DNA of 64,000 bases from Lama guanicoe (GCA_013239625.1 MU053754.1:679379-743378); one strand, 5' to 3'. Counted from the stretch's first letter, positions 38,443 to 52,544 are shown. The notes: a model not told the origin generated them from the letters alone. A program made the numbers and translations.

Positions 38443-41419
38443 CTTCATATGAAATTTTGTAAAGAAGAAACATGAAAGCTTTATTATAGAATCACACCTT
38501 ATCAAATACATGTTATGACTGTTTTAAATATGTTATCCGTCTGTGAAGTGTATACTTCACCTCCATTTGCAGAACCTACAAACAGGTGGGAGTAGATGAG
38601 GAAACTGACTCAAGTTCGTGACCAACTTTTATATCTAATTTGATTTGATTTTATATTTAATTTCAACTTTTATATTTATATTTAAAGTCTGTTAGTTTTT
38701 AACATCCATTTAAGTTATTTTTGGAAGAAAACTTGGGGTACAGGAACCACAGATTTTCTTCACTGATGTCTACTGAAGCCAGCGTGCTGACGACTGCTCT
38801 GTTCCCTCTTCCTGTGCCTGCCTAAGCAATAATTCATTGCATAAAAAATAACTTTGTTATTGAAACACTGAACTAGCTTAAGAACAAATTGCAAGAAATA
38901 ACAAAACAGGGTCCTGAAGTTCATCTGTTTGCCTCTGGCCCCTTTGTATTTTGCAAAAGCAAAATTCCTACATTTTCCATGTAAGCAGGATCATCATTAA
39001 AAAATAAAAATAAACTGGAAAATTATGAGCCCTTTAAATAAATCTGCTTGTGTAGACATACATTGATTTTCTGGATTGTAGTTCTGTCTCGGTAACGTTT
39101 CATCAGCATGATGGGTCGATCTCTAAGATCTCAGTTCTGTATTTATTGGATCCCTAGAAATTCTCCAAGGAGGAGTCAGAATGTAAATCAAGCAAAAACT
39201 GTGATCCTTAAGTCTCTCAGAGCCTTAGAATAGATGAGCATCTGAAGGTAAATTAAACTTTCTGGACTAAAACTTGCCCCTGTTTGGAAACTTCCTGTTA
39301 CACCCCCGCTCCGTGGGCCTCCAGTGTTCAAGCAGGTCCAGGCATGAAGACCTGCACAGTCCTCAGCATTACCATTCTAAGTGGCGGCAGAATAGAACTA
39401 GATACTAAGATATGAGTATTGGCATTTCAAAGAGTGTCTTGCCTTCCAATTTTCAGGCACAAATACATCAGACAATAAATTATGTGAGCATCACGTAAGT
39501 TTATGTAACTTATTTGAAAATCATAGTTGCTACAAGAGGATCATTACTAACCCAACACCAGCAGTGAGATTTTTCTGGTGGTTGAAAAAGTTCGAGACCC
39601 CTCAGACTCAAACCAATCAAGTGATCGCTAACTTGGAAAATGAATCCTTTCTAGACTAATCAGTTGAAAATCACACCGAGAAAATAGACTCAAGATGAAA
39701 ATAAGAAAAATCGAAATTCTATCAAAGATAAAGTCACCATGTCCTTTCGTTACAGAGATGTAGACATAAATTCTTGCATAAAGATGCTCTATTAAAGGCT
39801 GTTGAGGGTGGTCATATAGAGATTTGGAAGTCTTAAAACACATACACCTTAAGCATGTTCTTTGCTGAAAATAGATTAAATCTTTATAGTCATTTTTCTG
39901 CAACTTTGTGAGTCTCGATCACCACCATAATACACACTTTTCTTAGCTCAGAGACAGATATGTGCCGTGTATTCAGGGCATATTTGCTGAAAAAGGAGCG
40001 AATATGTGAATTTTCATAATGGCACCCTGAAAATAGATAAAATGGAGATAATATGCCATATAGTTGAATTGAAGACGCTGACCATAGTGGCCATTTCACG
40101 TCTTCAGAAATGATGGTCTTTCTTGGAAGATTCTATGTGCAATAGAGTTGGCATTCCTAAGAAGGCAGTTGAGGGGAAAGCTTAGAATTAAGGATATCTC
40201 CTGTCACAGACCCATTTGTCTCAATTTGATGCTACTAAAGCGTAATTAATACCTATTTGGTTTTCAAATAAAATTGGAGACATTTAAAATCATACTGTGC
40301 TCTTCAAATGCTTTATGTAAAATTTATGTAAGTTACCCCTTTTAAATTCATTTTTTGGTCTTAGTTATTTCCTGTTACTTTAGTTTTCCAGACAAGATGA
40401 AATTCCATCACTTAAGAAGAAATTTACATGTAGGCCACTACACAAACCCCAGATTCCAAAATTACTTTTCTTCTTGGTTTCCATAGAAAAAAAATGTTTT
40501 GAGTTTCTTCTTTCACGTAGGTCCCGAGGTCTGATCGATATGTTAGGAGTGTTTTTGAGCATTCTTTGGAGCCTAGTACTATTAGACTGTGAGCTGTGGA
40601 TTCCGTCTAGACTGTGCCTTTTGTAAACTAGCCAGGTAGCAGGGGAGGCAGGAGAGGACCTAACTCTTAATCTTGGACCAAAGAGGGCATAGGTAATTAT
40701 TCAAAAGGGTGCGTGTTGATTGTAGCCACTGAAATTATACTTGTAAGAGCGGTGACTTCAGGATCAAACACCATCTATAGGTACGTAGGATGGTCTTAGA
40801 CGTCTTTTTTTCTGTATAAGTTGTGGTTGTAACAGATGGGAAGACTATAAAAAAGTATTCAGAAGAGAATGAAGCTGCATATAGATTAGTTCAGTGATCA
40901 CGTGGTGTAACTGCTTGGTTTGAACATCCTGGAATTGATTTGCTTAGTTACCGTTGAACACAGAGGCATTGGCTCTGGACCACCCCTCTTTTAAAGGGTT
41001 TGCATATATTACTACAGGAAAAAAAAATAGAGGTTTCAAGATAGCCAAAAGATGTGAAAGAAAAAAATTGATCCCTCATGACGGCCATCTCCATCTTGCA
41101 TTTCATTCCTTACTCTTTTGGCTGTCGTTTACTTGGGTTAAATCAAAGACCCTGTACACACATGGAGTAGAATTTTCCATTCAATTATTTCTAGCCCTGC
41201 ACTGGAAACTGTCCAGGTATCTATCCAAAGAAAAATAAATTATCTTACCTCTTACATACCTCTATAGGGATATGTAATTTGTCCTTAGCTGGGATTGTCC
41301 GAATTCAGTGTTTTTGATTATCTCACCATTCTAAAACTGTTCTCTGATTATTACACATGGTTCCATGCTGGCGAATTTGCTTCTTGTTTTATATTTTCTT
41401 CATAGGATTTATAAACTAA

Positions 41420-41560
41420 TAGAGTATTACCACTGAAGGCAAATTAAGAGATGGCCTCCAAAGCCATCCTTTTTCAGGTAAGGAAACTTCTATTCAGAGA
41501 GGTTACACCAGTGATCCCTAAATGCACAGCTTGTTTATAGCAAAAGACAACTCACACTTT
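41420..41560 (-). mobile_element. MIR/MIR3 remnant
   Basis: tttttcaggtaaggaaactt...cagagaggtta...cacagcttgtt. Confidence 0.5.
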
Positions 41561-42854
41561 CTCCAGGGTTTTTCAAATGGCAGAAAGGTGCATTCGTGGC
41601 ATTATTATTTTTTTTTCATTGTAAGACTGCAGGCTTAATGGGTCTCTGTTTTGTTAATCAGCTCTAAATTGGATTCTGTGAAGATTTTCATTAAGTTCAA
41701 ATTACACACAACTGACACTGTCTCAAATGTCAAAAGCCGAAAGGCCCTCAGTAAAATGGTTTGATCCCTCACCAGAAACAAAAAACAGGAGAATTCTCAC
41801 GTACTAAAGTCACATTTTTAAATGAGTTTTAAATGTTGCATAAGAGTTATATTTCATATATTAGAAATTGTAGTCTCCATAAAGTGTTTCAGTCTGCTTT
41901 CCATTTAATGGCATTATTTTCCATAATATCAAATGCATTTCTGAATTATAAATTGAAAGTCAATCCTTGTCTTTTGATCAATATACCACACCTTATCTGT
42001 TTTTCCCTTCTGTGGGCACTTCAGATAATATGTGGTCATAATATGTTACGAATAGTTCCATACACCCAACTTTTGATTTGTTAGAATGGTTGCCTTCTGG
42101 TCATGGTTTAGGAGGGAGGTTATTGGGATGACTGTTTCAAGAGCATGAGCACGACACCATGATACAAGGCACAGGAGCGGATGAGTAAATACTCCTTTCC
42201 AGAAGTCTGATCATATTTTCCTCTCCAGCCATCTGCCTGGACTGCACCCCTTCATAAAATGTCTGGCTTATGGATTGAGCCTAAAATAATACTTTAATTT
42301 TGCTCTGATTTTGAGTTCTCTCATTTTCTCTGATTTTAGCCTCCTTAAATTAACCAAGTAGTTATGACGTTAGGAAAAAAAAAAGTAATGCATGAAGAGA
42401 ATGCCCATCCTATTGATTGATTAAAACACCAGATAGTATTTTAGTGGCTATTTTAACAGGCTTAAAGGCCCATTAGAACCCCCAGGTGACATATCATTTC
42501 TCTAAACATATGACGTATATAATACTGGATCCTAGACATTTGGAATCCAGAAATTAAAAAGGAAAAAAAACCTACAGGCATTTAAAACATTAGAGAATCT
42601 GGAGAACTATTTGGGGATTCTCCTCCACCTTTGAGAAAACTTGGAGATACTATAGTGATGGGGAGACATGGCACTGCATCCATTCTGAGATACTGAGGTC
42701 AACTAGGTGTGGTGGCCGTTTTGGGAACCAGAGCTCAGTGTTGTGAATGAGCTGGTTTTGGCAATTATTAGAGCAGTGGGGGATGCTGACGTACCACATG
42801 TGTCTACATGCTGTATGAGCTCAGAGCCACCATCCCTGGTGCTCTTCCTTTGTA

Positions 42855-43200
42855 CAGACTTTATTTTTCAGCGGCAGTTGTAGGTTCACTCAAAAACTGA
42901 CAGGGACGTACAGAGATTTCCCGTATACTTCCTTCCTTGACCTGTGCATAGTTCCCTTCCATCATCAACATCACTCACCAGAATGGTGCATTTTGTAACC
43001 AAAGGTGAAGCCACATGGGCACAGCATCACCACCCCAAAGCCCGTAGTTTATGTCAGGGTTCACTCTTGCTGTGGTCCACTCAGGGGGTTTGGACAAACG
43101 TAGAATGAATGACAGGTATCCACCATTATAGTGTCTTACGGGGGTGTCACCGCCCTAAACATGCTCTGAGCTCCACCTGTCATCCCCTCACCTCCCAACT
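42855..43200 (-). mobile_element. Ancient LINE-1 3' end (L1MC1-like)
   Basis: agactttattttt...gtacagagatttccc...catcaacatc...caccagaatggtgcattt...agggttcactcttg...tatccaccattatagt; related to 28345-28700. Confidence 0.85.
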
Positions 43201-43428
43201 TAGTGCTTTCCTAGAAACAATGCTATTTGTTTTTCATTAAAAGTGACACATGATAATGAAACACAGAAAAAGAGAAGAATCAGAAAATCACCCATGCCCT
43301 CTCCACCTTTATAATCTTTTCATACGTAGATGTATTTCTCTCCTATCTTTTGTATATATGTCAGTTTTAACCAAAGGACTTACTTCTTACTTTGTGTGGT
43401 TGTAGTTACGAGTACTTCCTAGAGCAGT

Positions 43429-43470
43429 AAAACAAAACAAAACAAAACAAAAACACCAAAAAAAAAAAAC
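43429..43470. repeat. (AAAAC)n / poly-A tract
   Basis: Direct reading. Confidence 0.85.
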
Positions 43471-45164
43471 AGCTTTCACATTAATCGCGAGTGAGTCAGC
43501 AACTTATGCAGGGAAAACATAATGGCAAGTCCTGTAATTATTTTCCTTTGTCGTAGTTGTTAGCTCTTGATATATTTTCCTGTGGGAATTAAGGCAAAGT
43601 GTATTTATCTATTTAATTGGAAACGTGTATACACCGTATGACACATAAATACTTACTGATTTTGCTTTTAAAGTATCCGAGTGTAACTTGTAATCCTTTT
43701 CATGGTCCACGGAGACTATTTTGTACCTTAATATATTTAGTGCAATGTGCCGTTTTCATGGAGTCATTTTGTTTAAAAAAAGAGAGACTTCAGTACTTTG
43801 TAGTAAGTTAAAGTGGAAAATTAAGTTGGCAAGCAAATGAATAATCACATACCCTTCCCCTTCTAAGTAAATGTGTAATGTACACAGATAATTGATGATT
43901 TTAACCTCCAACAAGAAAAGAAAATATTCTGCCTCGAGATACTGAAGAAAACAGTCCTTCTTCTTCTTTGGCAATGCCTTTTGGGTGGACGCCTGCTTCT
44001 GTCTGTCATCTCTTAAAAGAATTAAATGCAAACTGGAAACTATGAGAAGAGAGAGAAAATGCCACAGAAATTGCAGGGGAAGATTTATAACGTGAATATT
44101 ACTAACAATGTTGCTAGATCTTACGTGCTCCAGTCATCAGTCTATCCTTGGTCAGAGCATAACCATGAATCTCAGACATCAGAGATTAATGGAATTAAGA
44201 TTCGATGGTCAAAATTTCAGAAGAATCAACTCTAGAGATCCTTAGATAAGATTATGTGAACAGGACACATTACCAGTAAATCCGTCACTCACTTAAAAAT
44301 GTTTAAGTAAGTGCGACAGAATAACTTTTTACTGATCCTTCCCAGTGTCAAGGGTGGAGGGGCAAATAGATACATAAACAAGAATGACTCCTTTGATCTT
44401 TTCAGGTAACGTGGAGACTAGGATAAGAGAGCCAATCAGATGTTTAAACATCTGGATGTGCTGAAGGTATGCCAGTGATGAGAAGGGTGGGGGAAGTCAC
44501 CCAATTAAATAAGCAACATTCACTGAACTTTTACCAAATGAAGCATTTAAGGTGATTTTCCCATGGAGAAAAAGTTTCCCAAATCCAGGAAATAATTAGA
44601 TCTTTGGAGGCCATGGGGACTCAAATTGGGGGAAAATGTTAGATTGAACTGTATTTTTATAAGGTTCTGCGTTTTGAAATCTCCTTGACTGGAGGTACTT
44701 GGTCAATTGTATCAATCCAGAAGAATGGCCAGTTGAAAATGAGTTCAAAAAGGGCTTCAGACATGAATTTTTCAACTGAGTGAAATACTTGAAAACCATT
44801 GCAACCTGCTTAAGCTTTAGCCGTGTGAATCTGTGTGCCTAGTTTCCGCTTGACAGTTCTTAGGGAAGGCAGTCTTCTGATTTGCAAATAGGCCCAACTG
44901 TCCGTTACATGATTGTGAATCAGTTTTAAGAGTAGTTTTAGGATCAGATTTAGGAATACCTATGACAGCCTTTATGGAGCACGTGGCATGTGAAAGGCAA
45001 GACACGGTCCATTAGGGGCAGCTTTCGGCTGGAAGGAAGAATGAGGCGGGCATAAGTCAATACCAGTGTCCCAGGTGTGACGAAACATGGGCAGAGCATC
45101 TTTACTGGTAACATCGCCATTGGACAACACATCGCCTGTATCGGGTCTCAGTAGCTTAGCTGCT

Positions 45165-45362
45165 TGCTGTCATTTTTTCTCAAGCCTTGTTGGTTGCACA
45201 TATGGTCAACCAGAAAATTTCTCTTAAAGATGCTGGGGGGACACCGTGCCCAGAGATTCTAAGTCCGCTGTGGCAGGGCTGGGAGGGCTGGGGGAGGAGG
45301 CCTGTCCATTTCTCAAAGCCCCCATAGCTGATTCAAATACGTATCCAGAGCTAAAACTCCTG
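45165..45362. mobile_element. MER5B-like hAT MITE
   Basis: cccagagattct...ggg...aaagcccccatagctgattcaaatacgtatccagag. Confidence 0.5.
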
Positions 45363-46107
45363 CCTTGAGTTACGCATAGAACTGGGTTGCATACTTGGAT
45401 CTTTTTCTATGTCACCTCTGTTAGACGAGCAAGACCTGGTTTGAAACAGACAGTTGCTTTCCAATGTATTTTAGAAACATCTTTGCATATTACAGTTTAA
45501 TATCAGAATGCACGTAATGTGATTCTAAATGAGCATTTTCCCTGAGGACTGACCCCTAGTCGTGGTCTGAAAAAAAAATGTTTCCGGCACCCCCATTTTA
45601 AATTAATAAAAGATGGTTACGGACCCACAGAAGGCCCGGCATTCCTTTAGACTAAGGATGCCAGCTGGCTGTTTCTGGTTCTTATAAAGCGGCCAGCGTG
45701 TGGTTTGGAGCTGTGATGATGGGAAATTTTGGTAACATTAAGAAACCGTCCTTCTGCTTTGTAACAAGCCAGGAATGTATAAATACTCAAAAGACAGAAA
45801 CAGCTTAATAAAATATCTTAAAACAAAGACCAAGAGGAGCATTTTATCCTGGTTTAGATGAGCGTCTGCAGTGATGAGAAAGCGAATGAGCAGCCAGGAG
45901 AGGGGAGCGAGAAGCAAGCCAGCCGTCGAACCTTGACAGTGTGTCTGGAGGTGATAGACGTTTAAGACACACAGTCACAGCAGCCCTGGGGCCGGGGACG
46001 GGGGATACTAGTTAGTCCCTGTGTGGAAATACCTGCAGCACCAGCTCCATACATTGGTTTGTTCATCCATCCGTTTACTCAGCCATGTATTAATGCATGC
46101 GTGTGCT

Positions 46108-46612
46108 TGCATTGGTTTCTTACCGCTGCTGTAACAAATACCCACACACTCAGTGGCTTAAAATGGCACAGACTGTTTACCTCACAGGCCTGGATGTCGG
46201 AAGTTTGAAACAGGACTCAGTGGGCCAAAACCCAGGCGTTGGTAGGGCTTCATCCCTTCCAGAGGCTGCAGAGGAGAGGAGAGGAGAATCCATTCCTTTG
46301 CCTTTTCCAGTTTCTGGAGGACACCTGCTTTCCTGAGCTTGCGGCCCCTTCCTCTGTCTTCAGAGCACATCCTTTAATCATCTTTCCTCATGTCATTTTT
46401 CCACATGTGACCATCTTCCACCGTATGACCTCATAAGGGCCCTGGTGATTACGTTGGGCCCACTCAGATTGTCCAAGAAATGATTTTCTGTCTCAAGATC
46501 TTTGACTTCATCACATCACACAAAGTCGCCTTTGCCGTATGAGGTAACACATTCATAGGTTTCTGAGATAAGAGCATGGACATCATTAGAAGGGAGTTAT
46601 TCTCTCTACTAC
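46108..46612 (-). mobile_element. MaLR solo LTR (MLT1D-like), near complete
   Basis: tgcattggtttc...gctgctgtaacaaat...cagtggcttaaa...ttgccttttccagtttct...gtgattac-ttgggcccac...tctcaagatc...aggtaacacattcatagg. Confidence 0.9.
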
Positions 46613-47426
46613 TGTTTTGTGTAGGCAGTTATTAATCAGTTTCTATGTGACAACTCTAATTGTTTTTACTGATGAACTTTTGAACTGAAAAAAAATATTT
46701 TTCCATTACACACTGTCTGTTCAGTGTTAAGTAATCTGAGAATTCTAACACCCCTGCTTTTCCTCCAGTTCTTCCTGACCTCCTACCTCTTGGAGATGGA
46801 AATATATATATTTTAATATAATTATATATTATTTTATATAATTGTAAAATAATGAAATTAGATAAAATATTTTATAAAATATATATATTTCAGTATCCAT
46901 TGTCAAGTGCTTATGACACCTATATTTTGTTCTGGAAATACAGTGTGATCTTTTTGTGCTTTTTGTGTAAGTTAATTCTAAAATGTGAAAACAAGAACAA
47001 AACATTCATCAGGCCACAGCCTGACTTTGCCAGGGCCTGGGCACTTTGGCCTTGGTGAGCCCCCTCCCACCATAATAGATTTTCATACACCCTGAAGTTT
47101 TCATTTCTTTTTCCCTGACACGAGGAAAAAAAATTGAAGCATTTCATATGATCCTAAATGTGTGGGTTTTCCCCCTGATTTTAAAGGAAAGCAGTGCACT
47201 TCCGTGGACCTCCGGAAATACTGTGAGCCCCAGACCCTGTTTCCACCATTGGCTTTGCTGCCCATAGTGTTGTGGCTGCATGGAAACTGCTCATGCCTCA
47301 GAACGTGTTGAGGACCCTCTCCAGGCTCCTCGGGCTGTGTGCCTCGCGTCACGCAGGAGAGTGTGTTATCAGAGTTAAAGTCTCTTGTGTGGAGGTGGCT
47401 AGTCCTCTTTAATTAGAGTGTGCTTA

Positions 47427-47634
47427 CAGTCAGCCCGCCTTACTCGCCTGTTCCCCAGCCGCGGACTCAGGCAGCCGCGGGTGGAGTGCTGTATTTACAG
47501 TCTGTGCCTGGTTGAATCCTCGGATGCGGAGTCAGTGGATCTGGAGGACCAGCTGTAAGGACCTCGAGCATCCAGGTGAGTTGGTAACCATGGGGGCACT
47601 GGAACCCACGCTCTATGGACACCAAGCACGGTCG
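47427..47634. mobile_element. MER2B-like TcMar-Tigger MITE
   Basis: TA-flanked (47425-26 and 47635-36); cagtcagccc start, tggttgaatcc-cggatgcgga...gagcatcc...ctggaacc internal motifs. Confidence 0.7.
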
Positions 47635-47949
47635 TATTCCATTCACTTCATAGTTGAAACTTACGGCCCTCCTGACAACAGGCCTTTTCCTGGAATTTCT
47701 GACGGTCTTTGTTTCTTGTGAAACTAAGCATAGGCGTTGTGAGGTGTTCACCGAATTATTTATTCTCTTTATTCATTTATATGAATTTTATAGAATCCCT
47801 TCTATTTTTCTCTTAAGTTATTTTTTTATTTTCATTTTCTTCAAGGTTTGTGAATTGTTAGGACTACTTCCTTCCTGGATGACTTCTCAGATGTCATATT
47901 TAAAAAAATAGACTCCTAGGTGACTAGTCATTTCTTGAAACCAATACAT

Positions 47950-48900
47950 TCTCTTCATTATATTTGTCACTTGTGTTTGTGGAATATATCTTTATATCAC
48001 CAAGGAGACTGTGTAGGGCATGAATTTTGTTGAAGCCTAAGTAAGTTCATGCTCAGCCTCAGACTTGATTAATAGTTTGAGTGGCTTCCTGTTATTTTTT
48101 CCTAAGAACTCGGAGATGTCACCCTTTATTGTCTATAAGCGCAGTCACAGATGACGTCTCTAAAGCAGATTGTAATCTCACTCATTTGTATGTAATCTAC
48201 GCTGACTGTATGGTCTACTGTTCGGGGACTGATTTCATTCTTGGGGTTCTGAAATTTCACAAGGGCATGACTTCTCTTTCATTCATCTTACCTTTTACAT
48301 GAAACCACATTTCCAATTTTATATTTTTAAAAATAATGTATTCCATTTTGTTTTCTCTTTTCAAAAATCCTGGTTTGATGCAAGCTCTTGACTGATGAAC
48401 TAAAGCTTGTATCTCAAATTGTATACATGTATCTTTTAGTTGGATATCCTAGGAGTTTCCTGACGTGTTTTCCATCCTTCCAGTGAACCATTTTCATCCT
48501 TATATTTTTAATTTTCAAATATTGTTCTGGCTTTATCATTATTTCCTTTTCACATAAATCTAATCTTAGCTAATGGATGCAGAGTGACTTGAATGTTGCT
48601 ACGGGCTAAGTCAGTGTGTGTTTTATATTCTTTCCCCTAAATCATCTCAGTTTCCTTTGAGATCAGTGTTTATCTTTAACTGACACACTCTTTTACCTTA
48701 CCTTCTGCCTGACTTCTTTCTGACTAATGACTTTTGGTTTTCAGACGATGGAGTTGATTATAGTAGGTGGTTGGTGTGAGTTTCTTTCACTGTGGTTTCA
48801 TGATGTTCCCTTTTCCATCAGTTTTCTCCAGTGAGCACGGTTTGTGAATAGTCAGGTGGTGTTGGATTCAGCTTTTGAGCGTTGCATTGAGTGTCACGGG
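47950..48900 (-). mobile_element. Ancient HAL1/L1ME ORF1-region remnant
   Basis: ttgattaatagtttg...ttatttttcctaagaact...tttgtatgtaatct...ttcttggggttctgaaatttcacaa; T-rich and highly diverged. Confidence 0.55.
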
Positions 48901-50884
48901 CTCCTGAGTGATAGAATATGGGTATCGCGTACTCTGAGATATCAGAACCTGCCCTAGTTACTTGTTTTCCCCAGGTGGTCCTTCAGCTTGTAAAGAGAAG
49001 AGCCTTTGGTTTTTCTGTTGGTTGGTTTTTGTGCAGGCATGAGGAAGGCAGATGGAAATTGTGGACTCTGCCTTCTTGTCAGCCGTGATCACCCAGCTCC
49101 TTTTCCCCCACCAGCCTCTCCCTCTTGTTCTGAGTCTGATCATCATCATCAGAGAATACAGCACATGTTCTGCAAGGTGGGCTGCACTGTTGAGGTTCCT
49201 ATATTAATAGTCCTTCCGGAAACCATTTCGAATCTGTTGTTCAGTGTTAAACTTCTTCCACTTCTCTTTCCAACTGTTGGTTCCTTCTTGGTATTTTTCC
49301 CTTTTTTAAATGGGCGTCTGGAAATAAGGGGATATGTGTGACTGTTCTGCATCCACAATGTGGAACCCGAGGATACTGAGAGTTTATGTTTAAGTAATTT
49401 ACAGGAACTTAGGATTCCATCAGCACGTTTTCATACGTGCGCTGTGCAATTTGGTGATTCAAAATGAAGGCACAGAGAACACAATTCACACGATAACCCC
49501 ACATTTCACTGACTTTCTATCTTCTCTTGTAAAATGAAATTGGATAAATGATCTGTAGTGGTCCTTCCACACTAATGATCTCCATCCTTCCAGTCTAATA
49601 TACTACAGGGAAGCATTTAAAGCACTAAATAACATAGGCCATTTTTGAAATTTGACTCACAAACAAAAACATATAATTACTAATGACAGCCCATTCCTAA
49701 GAAATGTTTCCATTTAATGTGACATTTATGCTAATAATTTGACATTATAACTTGACATATAATTTGACATTATTTTATTGGAGTTGTTTCACTTCCAGCC
49801 TTACGTCTGCAAGGACAGAATAGAAAAATACTTTTATATGAGCTTTAAGAAAAATATTTTGATTTTGTAAGTATGAAAGCACATCTTAAACCCCTTCTTT
49901 TTCCACAGTTTTATTTTAAACGGCAGTTATTTTGTTTTCACTGTCATCTGAAATGATGGAGATGGAAGTTGAGAGCCTGCCTAACGATTTCAAGGCTGCA
50001 GAGCTGTATTACTGTACTGTCTCTTTTCAAATGAAAGCAAAGGAAGTGCCTTCCAAGCAAGGACTCCTAGACTTTGGATTTTTGCATCCATCCTGCTTTC
50101 ACCGGATGCGTTTTACATCTGACCCCTACTGTTTGCCTAAATTAGATTGGAAATTGAAGAGCAAAGGACGCCTTTGGCAATGAACAGCTCATTTTTGGAA
50201 GTTTGAGAAAATAGCAGAGGCAGTGTCAGTTGGGCATTTTCACCTAGGACTCATTACGTCAGCCTGGGAATTGCTAATGGAGATAGGCATAGTATGTGAA
50301 ATAACAGTAAAAACTTAATCGGTGAAACATGCACAGCACAAAATAGGGTGTTGTGTATTTCACTTCATCTCATGCACAGGAAGTTGCCTCTCAGCATTTA
50401 GTCATTTTACACCACTGGAGTCCAATGTCCTTTTCTTCTTTTCTTTCTTCCAAAAGTGAACCAAAAAACAAAGAGTAACCACAACAACAAAAACGCAGAT
50501 TATCTTGGGCTCCATGTCCTGTAATCTGGCATTTTTAAACTTAAATGTATATTATATGTATTTTCAGGAGGCTCTCACATCCTTAGATATTCTCTACAGC
50601 TTGCACAAAACTCATCCTCTTGGAGAATCTTCCTAACATTAGGCAAGGACCAAGTGATGTATCCATGGCCCAAGGGGACAGTGATGCATGGAGTGGAGAT
50701 TTTGTCTTCCATGAGCTTACCAGAGCTAAACACACCCTAGATCACGAGGCATAGACTGCCCAGGGCCACAGCCTTGGGCCATGGAAACCCAAAGTAGAAA
50801 AGACACTCAAACAGTGCAAGAGGTCCTCACATAGCAGGTCACATCTGAACTAAGCCATAAAGGATGGGCGGCATCTTGGTAGAA

Positions 50885-51345
50885 ATGTTAGCGGGTAGAG
50901 AGACTCCTGCATTAAGAAGCCCACCAGAGTGTGGGTCCTTGCCCCCGGCTGTGGAACCGTTAGGGCAGCAGAGGCAGAGGGGCGAACTGAACAAGCCACC
51001 TTATTGCTCAGAAGGGGAAGGGGAAGGAACGCACTCGAGCAGGGAGCCGCCAGCTAAGAGGACCGGGACAGACATCTCCATCTGTGGCTTGGGCGGTGTG
51101 GAGTCCTGTGGGAGGCTTCTGCCATCATGTCCCCGTTCCAGGTGTGCTGGAGCCTGTCACCTTTCTTTTGTGTCCTTGTACCTGGGCTTTTCCAGGTGTT
51201 GTCATGGCTCTGGTGGGTGTGTCATTTAGCAGTTAATGCATGTGACAAGGTTCCAGGTCCCCTGGAAGTCAAATCCTACCCCGTCTTGGGCTTCACAGAT
51301 TTCTAACCCATTCTTGTTTCTCGGCTGCCTTCTGAGACTTACATA
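50885..51345 (-). mobile_element. ERV1-class (MER4-group-like) LTR
   Basis: Starts tgttag; contains tgtcatggctctggtgggtgtgtcatttagca-ttaatgcat, typical of MER4-group LTRs; exact family not determined. Confidence 0.5.
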
Positions 51346-51379
51346 AGAATAACTGGTTTCTATTTAAGGGAGGGGCAGG

Positions 51380-51812
51380 GGTATGATCCTGGGGCAACAG
51401 CTTAGTAACAAAAGGAAGGTTGCTTTTAATTAGAATGCCGGCATCTGATGGACCCAGTGTCCCCCAGAAAAAAACCATCTAAAGCCTGAAAGACTTTGAA
51501 GCTTTTCTATAAACTGAAGGCAGGGGTTGAGGAGACCTTAATTAGTTCCTGCAGAAGTTAAAGGTATTGTTTTGTATATTCCTTGACGAGGGTTCCAGGA
51601 CCTGCCCCAAGGCTGCACTATTGTTTCCTGACTGCTCCTCTCTTGTCTCTGCACCACCTCCCTTCCCTGATTAGCAGCTGTTTGACTGTGTCCCTTGGAG
51701 CTCAGGGAGGGTCAAGGAGGCTGAATGAAGCCCATTTTCTACAAACAAGAAACAGAGACCATGGAAAGATTTGTACCAGGGAGGGCACCCCGCAAGCTGC
51801 TGCTCGGTGTCA
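51380..51812 (-). mobile_element. ERV1-class LTR of cetartiodactyl type
   Basis: ccaggacctgccccaaggctgcactattgtttcctgactgctcc...ctcagggagggtcaaggaggctgaatgaagcc...ctacaaacaagaaac...tgctcggtgtca terminus. Confidence 0.7.
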
Positions 51813-51929
51813 GGTCTGCCAGAGACACACCTGTGCAAAGGCACAAGTCAGAACACGCTACAAAGGCATCAGTTTAATCGGAGCCAACCCTGTGTGACGT
51901 CAAGAGAAGGGAAATAATGCCAGAAGGGA

Positions 51930-52250
51930 CGACTGGAGACAGGTCTTGGAGAACTTGAGTTCCAACAGGAGGGTTTTAGCCACAATAAAGTAGGTAATGA
52001 TAATTCTTTTTTTTTTTCCACTTAGAGGCATTGCATGGTCACAGTTACATTTCAGAGGATGAATCTAGCAGTGGATTATTAGTGAGCTCCGGGAGGAGAC
52101 AGGAGATGAGGGGAGTGAGGAAGTTCTTACCAACGTTGAGATGAAAGTCGCCAGGCTGAAAATCGAGAAAGGGCTGGATTTAAGAAATGTACAGATGACA
52201 GAAGCAGCACTACTTGTTCACTGTAAGACAAAGGGTATGGATGAATCCTC
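51930..52250 (-). mobile_element. L2 fragment
   Basis: ggagggttttag...catggtcacagttacatttcagaggat-aatctagcag...ggatttaagaaatgt. Confidence 0.5.
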
Positions 52251-52324
52251 CAGTGGACATTAATTGCACATTGTTGATCTCAAAATAGCAGATCCCAAGT
52301 TTTTTGTTTGTTTTGGTGTATTGC

Positions 52325-52520
52325 ATTTTGTTTTGTTCTCATTGAAGTATAGTTGACTTTACAGTGTTACGTTAATTTCAGGTGGAAAACATTAATTTAG
52401 TATTTTATAGATTATACTGTATATTGTATTATAGATTAGAGAGTATACGAAGTTACTAAATATGGACTGCATTCCCTATGCTGTACATTGCATCCTTGTG
52501 AGTTACTTTATACCTAGCAG
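52325..52520 (-). mobile_element. LINE-1 3' terminus
   Basis: attgaagtatagttgactttacagtgtta-gttaatttcagg...ttccctatgctgtaca...atccttgt. Confidence 0.8.
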
Positions 52521-52544
52521 AGCCTCAGCTTGATGGAAGGCATT

